Below, piece after piece: positions 53,877 through 64,000 of a stretch of DNA of 64,000 nucleotides; the stretch's first letter is position 1, and the number at the start of each line of letters is the position of its first letter. Below the pieces are notes generated by a model. The model saw only the letters and a list, made by a program, of their open reading frames with translations. It was not told the DNA's origin and did not search any database. The position numbers were made by a program, and so were the translations under genes. The DNA comes from Octopus vulgaris. Taxonomy: Eukaryota. The stretch spans positions 225,308,001-225,372,000 of the forward strand of contig OX597814.1 of NCBI GenBank assembly GCA_951406725.2, written 5' to 3'.

Positions 53877-53927
53877 TTTGTCAAAATATTTTCGTCGCTA
53901 TAAGACCGCGACCTGTTCACTGACAAA
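53877..53927 (-). ncRNA. Hammerhead-ribozyme-like motif, type I, G3-C8 core variant (copy 2)
   Basis: Minus strand reads TTTGTCA GTGAACA G GTCGC ggtcttata GCGAC GAAA ATAT TT TGACAAA, with a perfect 7-bp stem I, 5-bp stem II and palindromic AATATT stem III. Confidence 0.62.
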
Positions 53928-53948
53928 AATCCGTCCAAACATCCGTTG

Positions 53949-54001
<53 letters not shown>

Positions 54002-54100
54002 TACAAAGTGGATGTTCCTATTTAATTTAATTAATTAGTTAATAAATTATATGAATTGGTATTATCTGGAAGTTGATGATTGAAAGGAATCTATTTTCTT

Positions 54101-54224
<124 letters not shown>

Positions 54225-54350
54225 ATAGAAATAGGCTTCAAAAAGAAAATAGAAAGTACACGTGGAAAAAATATGGGAAAAGTAAGAAGGAAAAAGCAAA
54301 AATTCACATTATATATGAACAAATAAAGCTTTTTTATGAAAAGTAACCAG

Positions 54351-55079
54351 AAATATATACATTTAGATGAACTGAGCTAGAATTAAGAAGAATAAAAGCC
54401 ATTATTTTGAATTGTTAATGATATTCAAAGTCATACCGGTATCGTCAAACGCTATACACTGGCTTTGAATGAACACCGATTTCGAAACGGTGTTGGGTCT
54501 AATAATCCCTGAGTAAAAGATTATGTGTAAGGGAGGTAAGTAGTTCTGGACGTTGTGCAATTAGAGTAGATTTAATGCTGTAATATGAATGGTGTATAGG
54601 ACGTATGGGAGTTGGTGATATTATTGGTAAGATTAGTAGGAAGATTAGTATTATGTTATGTGTTCATGCTAAGTTGTGGATGATATTTATTGGTGAAAGT
54701 TTCCTCTTTGTTCATTCTTTGATGTACTATGAACATTGATAGAAGGGGAAAATTAGGAAGTTAGGATTAAGGTTTTCTAGCACATCTTTTTATGTGTTCA
54801 CTGACATGTATCTCTCTGTATTGTTGGTGACGGATTTGTTCTGTATTACAGCAATATATCTACTCTAATTGCACAACGTCCAGAACTACTTACCTCCCTT
54901 ACACATAATCTTTTTACTCAGGGATTAGTAGACCCAACACCGTTTGGAAATCAGTGTTCATTCAAAGCCAGTGTATAGCGTTTGACGATACCGGTATGAT
55001 TTTGAATATCATTAACAATTCAAAATAATGGCTTTTATTCCTCTTAATTCTTGCTCAGTTCATCTAAATGTATATATTT
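54351..55079. repeat. Long inverted repeat (~235-bp arms, ~255-bp spacer), fold-back element
   Basis: 54351-54585 is the reverse complement of 54843-55079 with scattered mismatches. Confidence 0.92.
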
Positions 55080-55181
55080 ATCGTTAGTTTTTTATTAAAA
55101 AAAAACCTTCAGTTTTTCATATCCCAAGTGCATTTTCGCTTTCTTCTTCTTCTTCTTCTTCTTCTTCTTCTTCTTCTTCTT

Positions 55182-55212
<31 letters not shown>

Positions 55213-55214
55213 TA

Positions 55215-55256
<42 letters not shown>

Positions 55257-55406
55257 ATTTGATTTGAAAACCCCACTGGAATGGGAGAAAGCGCTAATAA
55301 TCTGAATGATATGATCTGAATGATACGATATATATATGTTAAAAATGTAATATATAAATAAATATCTATAAATATGAACCATCCGATCTTCTGATTACCT
55401 CATTTC

Positions 55407-55470
<64 letters not shown>

Positions 55471-55486
55471 TTTATGAATATAATTG

Positions 55487-55873
55487 AACAATAATCCTTT
55501 AATCCTAGAATGGAATGTATATACATTTAAATGCATCACTAGGCGCATTCCCACAAGTCACATGGCTTTTAAGATCAGAGTACGTGTTCCTGGGATGATT
55601 GAGGTGTAATCCATTGTATTCGTTGATCATCATCATTGAGCTTGATACTGATAAAAAGAGAAAAGAACCCATCCCTCTGTGGTTCATTCACTAATGTTAT
55701 ATTGCCTGAAGAAATGAATCAATGATTACGATCAACCAGATGCCCACGGATACTACATGCTACACTGCAATAATCCTAGGAGTACGGACTGTGATCTCAA
55801 AAGTCATGTGATTTGTGGAAATGCGCGTAACGATGCATTAAATGTTTATAATTTCCATCTTAGGATTATTGTT
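55487..55873. mobile_element. MITE-like element with ~110-bp diverged inverted arms
   Basis: aacaataatcct..gatggaa..atgcatc..gcgcatt.ccacaa.tcacatg.ctttt.agatca is mirrored at 55770-55873. Confidence 0.7.
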
Positions 55874-56344
55874 TTTATTATTATATTTATCCTACGTTAT
55901 AACTTGAATCAACCTCGAAAAACTGGTCACTAGTCAGCATCATTAGACGGTGACCGGCATTATACATATAGCGCATTGGTAGTATCTCGAGTCCAAGTAA
56001 GACCGTTCCGAACAACTTGCAGATGATTTCTTTATAGTAACCAAATGTTCATGTTTACTTTGGTCCATTTCCTCCATCATAATATGCACGGGTGCACGGT
56101 GTGCCAAAGGTCAGACGTTGAAGTGATCGCAGAGCAATAGGAGATGAAGGGTTTTGCTCAAGAACACAGCACACAACGCGCGAAGCGAATCCACGATCTC
56201 ACAATCATGAGTGTAATACCGTAACCAACAGACCAGGCGCCCTCACACACACACACACATTTATCTATTCTCTTTTTCTCTGTCTGCCTGTCTCTGTTTG
56301 TCTGTCTGTCTGTCTGTCTCTGTCTGTCTGTCTGTCTGTCTGTC

Positions 56345-56376
<32 letters not shown>

Positions 56377-56377
56377 C

Positions 56378-56410
<33 letters not shown>

Positions 56411-56412
56411 CA

Positions 56413-57307
56413 CGTGGTCTGATCAATACGTTTCCGGACTGTTGCCATAGTAACAAAGCTAAAGTACACAGAGTGAAGAAAACACTTGACACAAACTGAC
56501 CTTGAACTCCACTGTGCATGCGCATTACGTTTTATCGTTCTATCTCACTTCCGCTGTTTACAGCAGTACTTCGAAGGAAGGTGTGTAGCGTGTGATCATC
56601 GCATTGACCATGACAGAGAAAGGTATGCAGAGAATCTGCATCAAATTTTGCCAAAGGCTTGGCAATACCTGCTCACAGACCTACGCAAAGTGCAAAGTTT
56701 TCAAAAAGTTTTCATCGTTCTCGATGCAATTAAGATCTTGTGCAACTGAAACCCGCGTGTCGTTTTGGTGAGCTGAAAGCAGTTTGGGCACAAATTTAGC
56801 AGACACGCGTCTCAGATCCAAATCTTTATTGATAATTGACTGAATTCAACCGTAACTGATCTTCACATCCTCTGATAACTCGCGGACGGTGAATCGACGA
56901 TTTTCTCTCACAGCTGCACGCAGATCTGCAATGTTTTTCTCAGTTCTGCTGGTTGCGGGACTCCCAGAATGTTCGTCACTATCGACATTCTTCGGTCCAC
57001 CTTGTAAACGTCTGAAACACTTGTGTGCGACTCATACAATCTTCCCCATACACTTTCTACAACTTTGCGAAGGCTTTTGAGCAGGTATCGCCATGACAAC
57101 TTTGTCTGTCGGGGTCAGTGCAGCGATCGCACGCTACACACCTTCCTTCCAAACACTGCTGTAAAAAGCGGAAAAAAAACTAGCACGTTAAAACTCAGTG
57201 CGCATGCATAGCAGAGTTCAATGTCAATTTGTACCTAGTGGCTTCACTCTGCGTACTTTAACTACGTTACTATGGCAACAGACCAGATACTTATTGATCA
57301 GACCTCG
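56413..57307. mobile_element. Mariner derivative made of two inverted left ends
   Basis: TIRs cg(t/a)ggtctgatcaata. The plus strand encodes MTEKGMQRICIKFCQRLG. The minus strand encodes SGSPATSRT..VRENRRFTVREL..DLDLRRVSAKFVPKLLS. The 5' leader is present in both arms. Confidence 0.88.
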
Positions 57308-57309
57308 TA

Positions 57310-57378
<69 letters not shown>

Positions 57379-57380
<2 letters not shown>

Positions 57381-58980
57381 GCCGTCCACCAGCGCCTCCG
57401 TCGTGGGACGCTGGACCGACGGCCCGGTTGAGTTGCTCGGGGTCTGGTTTGGTCCGGACCTCCAAGTGGAGAAGAACTGGAACGAGATAACGAGTAGGGT
57501 GGTCACTCTCGCCCGGCAATGGGCCGAGAGGAAACTGTCCCTAAAAGGTCGGGCGGAGGTGGCGAACACGTACATCGCGTCCGTCATCTACTACCGCCTG
57601 ACCGTCGTACCCTGTCCCGACCCTACCATCACCAAACTACAACGCATTCTCTTTCGCTTCTTGTGGAAAGGATGCGTCCCGATGGTCAGGCGATCCATTT
57701 CCTGTCAACACCCGTTAAAAGGAGGGCTGGGCATGCCGTGGTTGATGATGCGCAGACACGCGCTGAGACTGCGACATCTCTGGCTCTATGTAGACGACGG
57801 TGAACAGGTGTGGTCGCCGTTTGTGAGGCACGCTTTCCCGCAGCTCGTCTACATGACCGAACTGCAGTCGTGGATCAAAAAGAGGCCGAAGAAGGGCGAA
57901 TGGCACCGCGAGTGTCGCGTTGCTCTCAAGGTCAACCTTGAGTGACTTCAACACAACCAAAGCATTCTAGAGGGGTTTAGTGGAGGGGAGGTACGACGAC
58001 GAGCTCGGGGCGAACCGGGACGTCGACGAGGAGTACCTGACCCGCCTGTTCAGGACGACTTTCGGGCCAGGGCCCCTGGACAACTTCCAGAGATCCCTGG
58101 CCTGGCAGTGCTACCGAGAAGCGCTACCCGTTCGGGATAAGCTCTACAGACACGGCTCGAGAAACACGGGGCCGACCTGCCCGATATGCGGTCAGAGCGA
58201 CGAAACCGTTCTGCACGCACTCGTGCAGTGTCCAACAATTTCCGACCTGTGGGCTTGTGTCGAACAACTGCTGTCACGTGTGGGACGAGTCGGTTTATCA
58301 GCTGAGTCTATCGTCAATATTGTCACGCCTCCCTCCTTCAAACGGGAAGGAAGAGCTATTTTCATCATCCTTGTGGCTATGGCGAAAGAATGTATCTGGT
58401 GGACGCGTCTGAAAGGATTGGAGACAAACACTTTCCTCTCTGGTCAATCTCTCATCAACTTCTTCAAGTACCACTTGAAAAGGAAAGTGAGAGTAGAGAG
58501 GCAAGTTTTGTCTAGCGAATGTTTTAAAAAAGATGGGTGAATGTAGCAAGAATGGCACGTATGAATGACGAAGCCACCTTGAGCATGATCATATGAACCC
58601 AGAAATTGAAAACAGAGAGTTGCTTATTCGAAAAAAAAAAAAAAAAAAAAAAAAGAAATATAACATGTGACCCCATTGACCGAGGTTACCGTGATCTTTT
58701 CCGTAGGCTTTTCTTTCCACGGGTAAACCTCACCTGTCCTCCCCTTTACACTTCATATTGACATTTCTGTGATAACGATCCCTGTTGATCAATTCTTTTT
58801 TTTTTTTTCCTCTCCCCCTTTTTTTTAACCCCCTTTTTTTGTCCTCTTTCTCCCTTTTTACGATCCCTTTTGATCGAAACTCCCCCTTTCTTTTTTTTTT
58901 TTTTTTTAAACCTTCAAAAGAAAAGCTCTACCTTGTAATTTGTTCTATCTGTGTGCAGCCCTGTGTGGCTAATAAAGAAA
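57379..58980 (+). mobile_element. Second Tx1 copy, 5'-truncated and disrupted, embedded in (TATC)n
   Basis: Protein nearly identical to the C-terminal ORF2 of 19937-23314, with a short deletion near 57930 and a stop near 57968. (TATC)n lies at 57309-57380 and 58983-59008. Confidence 0.95.
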
Positions 58981-59004
58981 CATATCTATCTATCTATCTA
59001 TCTA

Positions 59005-59037
<33 letters not shown>

Positions 59038-59138
59038 AACTATCTATCTATGTATCTATGTATCTATGTATGTATGTATGTATGTATGTATGTATGTATG
59101 TATCTATCTATCTATCTATCTACCTATCTATCTATCTA

Positions 59139-59219
<81 letters not shown>

Positions 59220-59221
<2 letters not shown>

Positions 59222-59432
59222 AGGTGATTGAAAAGTAACTCCTTATATTAAAATACTTATAAATTAGTTATTAATTGCAAGTTTTACAAGTAAGTGGATA
59301 TGAGAAGAAAGCTTTTAGTATGAGGTTTTATTTAAAATTACAAAAACAAACACAAAATTTTGAGAAATATATTACAAGAGATAAATAATTTGGAAGTATT
59401 TTGAAATCGGGAATTACTTTCCAATCACCTTG
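59220..59432. mobile_element. 213-bp Tc1/mariner-type MITE
   Basis: TIRs CAAGGTGATTG(A/G)AAAGTAA(C/T)TCC with TA on both sides. Confidence 0.85.
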
Positions 59433-60329
59433 TATATAAAGTACTGTCTTGAGGCACACAAAAGAGGAAGACAGAAGATATATGTGTGTGTGTGTGTGCG
59501 TGTGTGTGTGTGTGTGTGTAAATTAATAAATAACTGATATTTATTAATTTATACATACACACACACTTATATTCAAGTATATTCACACACATCAATACAT
59601 GTATATGTGCGTGTTTGTCTGCGTGTTTGTGTGAGCCCACGTGGAGGTAATCGCTGACAAGGTGTCAGCAAAACTGGTGCTTCTCGAAACGAGCATTGTT
59701 GCAATATATGTTTCACACTGAGTCACAAGCAATCCTTGGTAACTTTCACTATCAGAGTTGTAATCAATCCATTATTGACTCATTAAAGACCTGCAACCAA
59801 CAACAGTATTGTTCAGTGCTGGCACTAAACTATTAAGGAACAAAATCACATATATGTGTGTATTTGTGCGTGTGTTTGTGTGTGTTTGAACGTGTGTGTG
59901 TATATATGTGTGTGTGTGCATACGCGCGTGTGTGTGTGTATAAGTGCGTGTGGTGTGCATGCATGAATGCATGTGTGTGTAACACGTATTTGTGTGCCTC
60001 TTCTGTGCTTGCCTCGGGGCATGTACTTTTGTGGCTGTCTCTGTATGTATACGGCTCAGTATGTGAGTTTGTGTGTATGTGCTCCTGAATATGAGCATCT
60101 GCTTCTGTGGCCCGGCATGTATGTTTATGTGTGAAGAACTTAACAAGTAATTAAATGCTAAAATGCATTACAGGGTTTCACACTGTTACCTCAGTGAACA
60201 CAAGTGATCTCCAGTAAATATGAGCAGAAGTACTTAATATGCTTTCACTCTATATTCACCGAAGATCATTGACGAACGCAACGAATCCACTCGGATCACA
60301 CACACAGACACACACACACATATATATAT

Positions 60330-60830
60330 TGATAGAAATATGTATATTGTACAAAAAACATAATGACTCAAGAAAAATTATTATGGACACCCTCTTCACA
60401 TCCAAGATTGTGACATCATTCTTGAGGTAGTTAGGAGAATAAATTGATTGGTGACAAGAAAACATCTCCGTATCTAATATCAGTCTAAACAGATATTGAC
60501 AAGTACATGGGACAATTGCAGACTTTTCGATCTCATAAGACATGTTCATCAGGCACAGCTTTTTCCTGTACTAGCAGATTAGTGGTGAGAATCACCACAT
60601 TGATGCACAGATATGTGCTTTGATTTTTTTCCAGTTCATTATGTAAAATGACCCTAGAATGATTAATTTTTCTTGAGGAATCTGGTAATTACTCGAACTC
60701 ATTATGATACTTTTTGACGCCTGCAGTGTACATCGTTGTACTTCAACATATCATCATAATGGTTATCTTACATTGATATAGCAAATTTTCAAGTCCCTCC
60801 CCCATTTATCCTTTCATAGCTACACTGAAA
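60330..60830 (-). mobile_element. Decayed Penelope-like 3' end with a degenerate hammerhead-like motif (60517-60557)
   Basis: Minus strand ENLLYQCKI (GIY-YIG-like), followed downstream by GTGC CTGATGA ... GATC GAAA AG TC TGCA. Confidence 0.4.
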
Positions 60831-60879
60831 CGGAGGAAGTTCTATGTCCGTACAATTAAGGATGCCCTGATGCATCTCA

Positions 60880-61440
60880 CGGTCTGCAAACACTAGCGCT
60901 GGCCAAACTGCACCTGATATTAGTGTCCTTTGTCAAAAAGATTTCAGTCAACCTTGTAGAACCCTCTTCTTTCTACCTCTCGACTATAATAGTCTATAAG
61001 CAATACTCCAATGAAGAAAGCCTCTACGTTTGCTATCGGTTTTGCATCTTACCCTTGGCTGCACACTCTAGGTAAGTACCCCCCACCTCATGGCTATTCA
61101 CTTCCATTCTACCAAGATCACAGCCATGCACATATGCACACCAAGTGCACAAGCACCTCCAGTTGCTTCAAACAAACAAGAACACTTTCCCTTACAACGT
61201 TCCTTCTGTTACTCTCAAACATTGCGTCTCAGATATAGCCACTATACTCACAAAATTATTCAGTCACTCTTTGCTTCAACTAGAACATATCCTGACCTTT
61301 GGAAACTCCAAAATGGGTATCCCATCAATTTCTGCTGTCTACCGCACTACCGTGCTCACTGACGGCTCATCAAAGTTTGTGGAAACATCCATTAACAATA
61401 ATGTCTTACAAGCTCTCTCGGCCACATTGATGGGCTGAAG
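60880..61440 (+). mobile_element. Decayed LINE fragment (endonuclease end to RT start)
   Basis: LKHCVSDIATILTKLFSHSL..YPDLWKL..YPINF..SKFVETSINN resembles the pre-RT region of L2/CR1/Jockey-group LINEs. Confidence 0.5.
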
Positions 61441-61605
61441 TTTCTATTTCCAGATTAAACTATTTACATATTCGCTGGTGAAAAGCTTGAGAAACCATAA
61501 AACATCACAATATTTATTCTCAATCTCGCACTGTTTTACTTCAGTAAGAATCTGTTATAATTTCCTTCTGAAATGTTATACTATCCATGTATCATGGGAC
61601 CTTAG

Positions 61606-62022
61606 CAACTTCCGAAATGTCAAGTACGTTGCTGAAAGATTTCTAATTTCGTTGTAGCTAAAGACAGAGACAACAGACCTCTAGACAATTTTACTTTTAA
61701 AACTTTGCCTTTCATTGTTGCGAACCCAATCGAATCTACGATAAGCAGCCACTAAAATATTAACTATATACTTGACCAAAAGAAATAAATTTAGCTTTAT
61801 AATAATGCTCTGAAAATTTAGTTCTTTCTATCATGTGAAGCTAGTTTATATCATAAGAATGTATATTATAAGAATTTTAGACGATATAGCAAACAGGTTG
61901 TGGAGCCACTGTCTTGTTTGACATTCAAAATATCTCAGCCTATTGCCAACGGCTGGTAGAAAGTTAGAGATAAATTACTGTTATTGAAATATTTCCTGAT
62001 TGAATGAGTTGTCCGATAACTT
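61606..62022 (+). repeat. ~410-bp dispersed direct repeat, copy 2
   Basis: Matches 53130-53542. Confidence 0.9.
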
Positions 62023-62216
62023 AATACAAGCCAGATATTGAGAAAGGTTGCAGAAACCTTTGAATAGACTGCCCGAGCTTCAATACTTTTAATATAATTC
62101 AATAAACTCCTGGTTGGTTGTAAGTAGATATAATAAAATCCTTGATAGCTATAGTGACCATGATGACTACAGTAGTTATTAAAATGATGCTGAAAATAAT
62201 GATTATGACGATGATA

Positions 62217-62249
<33 letters not shown>

Positions 62250-62961
62250 CTGCTGTAGGTGATAGCGTTCTCACTGGTTCTGGAGTGTGGTTTGTTGCTG
62301 ATGTAATCGGTAGTTGCTGAACATTCTACATAGAGAGCTGCTCATATTCGTAGAGTGCGCAAGAATTTCATATAACTTTACTTGATAGAAAAATCTGTTT
62401 AAAACTTCTAAACTAAATACATGACATGGAACTTAAGGTTAACATTAGTCTAATAGATCATTTTTATGTGTTGATAAAAATAAGCGTGAAATTCATTCGT
62501 AAAATTTCAAAAGGAATATAAATTATCAACTTCAACGTAATCTACAATTACGTTTAATTTTAAAATATGCAGTGATTTCATTTACGGAGATTGCAAAGAG
62601 TGAGTTACAAATATCATATATAATTTGTAAGTATTGATTCGATGATTAATCAGACACGTTCGTTGTCATATGAAAATCCAATAAAATAGACATTAATATA
62701 CTTTACTACATAGTAAACTGGCACTCCGTCGGTTGCGACGACGAGGGTTCCTGTTGATTCGATCAACAGAACAGCTTGCAAGCAATTTTCTAGAAGCTTT
62801 GGTTCGAAAGTCTTTCCGAATTACTGATTTTTCTAAACCAAGGGTGGTCGCCTAGATCAACACGCTCTAAATTAAATACATTAAATTTACTTAAATAATT
62901 AAATGAAATTCAGGTAGATTTGCATTGAAATACAGGTATCTGTAAATGGTACAAGATTATT

Positions 62962-63543
62962 CTTTTCTACTCTAGGCATAAGTCTCGAAATTATTTGGGA
63001 GGGGCTAGTCGATTAGATTGTCCCCAGTACGCGACTGGTACTTAATTTATCGACCTCGAAGGGATGAAAGGCAAAGTCGACCTCGGCGGAATTTGAACTC
63101 AGAACGTAAAGACAGACGAAATACCTATTTCCTCACTACCCACAAGGGGCTAAACACAAAGAGGACAAACAAGAACAGACAAACGGATTAAGTCGATTAT
63201 ATTGACCCCAGTGCGTAACTGGTACTTATTTAATCGACCCCGAAAGGAGGAAAGGCAAAGTCTTCCACGGCGGAAGTTGAACGCAGAACGTAACGGCAGA
63301 CGAAATACCTATTTCTTTACTATCCACAACGGGCTTAACAAAGAAGAGACAAACAAGGACAGACAAACGGATTAAGTCGATTATATTGACCCCAGTGCGT
63401 AACTGGTACTTATTTAATCGACCCCGAGAGGATGAAAGGCAAAGTCGACCTCGGCGGAATATTAACTCAGAACGTAGCGGGAGACGAAAATACCGCTAAG
63501 CATTTTGTCCGGTGTGCTAACGTTTCTGCCAGCTCGCCGCCTT
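62962..63543 (-). mobile_element. Composite SINE family B: one head and three tandem bodies, 17-bp TSD
   Basis: TSD aatggtac(a/c)agattatt at 62945-62961 and 63544-63560. ~180-bp units are joined at gacgaaatacc|tatttc (about 63126 and 63309). Confidence 0.88.
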
Positions 63544-64000
63544 AATGGTACCAGATTATTAATAGTTTACCGTACAAGGTACTATTCAGTACAAGGTAAA
63601 AGATAACCAGTTTGGCAGCAGGGTATTTGAAGTACCTGTTTGGGGTAAGATATAATAGTTTAACAGAAACCCTTGAACAACATTCTATCGCAATTCTCTT
63701 AGTTGTGTAAGGTGTTTAAGTATAGCTAGAGAACATGTTTGTGTGTGTTTGTGTGTGTGTGTGGAGGAGTTGTATGCATGTATGCCATTATTTAGTTTTA
63801 TTTCAAGATTTCTTGCCAATAGAGAATGAGTGGTTTTGTAACCAACATCAACAACAGGGTAATTTTGTACGTATGTATTCGTGCATATTTGTATGTTCTA
63901 TTTTATGTATGTCTTCTCATACATATAGTTGTATATCAAGGCATGTTCATATATACTTAAATGATAAACTTATGAAAAGTTTTACAGACTTTTACCGTTC

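Noticed and set aside
62962-63543. Regularly spaced repeats, superficially CRISPR-like
   Set aside because: These are contiguous ~180-bp SINE monomers without unique spacers, in a eukaryotic context.

Overview
AT-rich, microsatellite-saturated animal DNA. The SINE repertoire and simple-repeat load suggest an octopus/cephalopod genome (inference from recall, not from a search). No confidently identifiable host protein gene is present, and most of the ORF track is translated microsatellite. The window contains a decayed RTE LINE, a CR1/L2-group LINE 3' fragment and two copies of a Tx1/L1-clade LINE. One Tx1 copy has a 1125-aa ORF2, and both sit inside (TATC)n arrays. There are also Penelope-like (GIY-YIG) remnants, three non-autonomous Helitrons, a fold-back mariner derivative, several MITEs and many SINEs. 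The most striking unannotated signal is a set of type-I hammerhead-ribozyme-like motifs from several unrelated repeat families. These include a two-copy family with a reciprocal G3-C8 core swap (GUGAACA), a two-copy A6U minimal family, and a divergent pair of near-canonical hammerheads on opposite strands about 185 bp apart. A SINE subfamily carries a 3' tail resembling the Tx1 3' end and also occurs as ~180-bp tandem monomers. All calls were made by eye; no alignments, folding or database searches were run.
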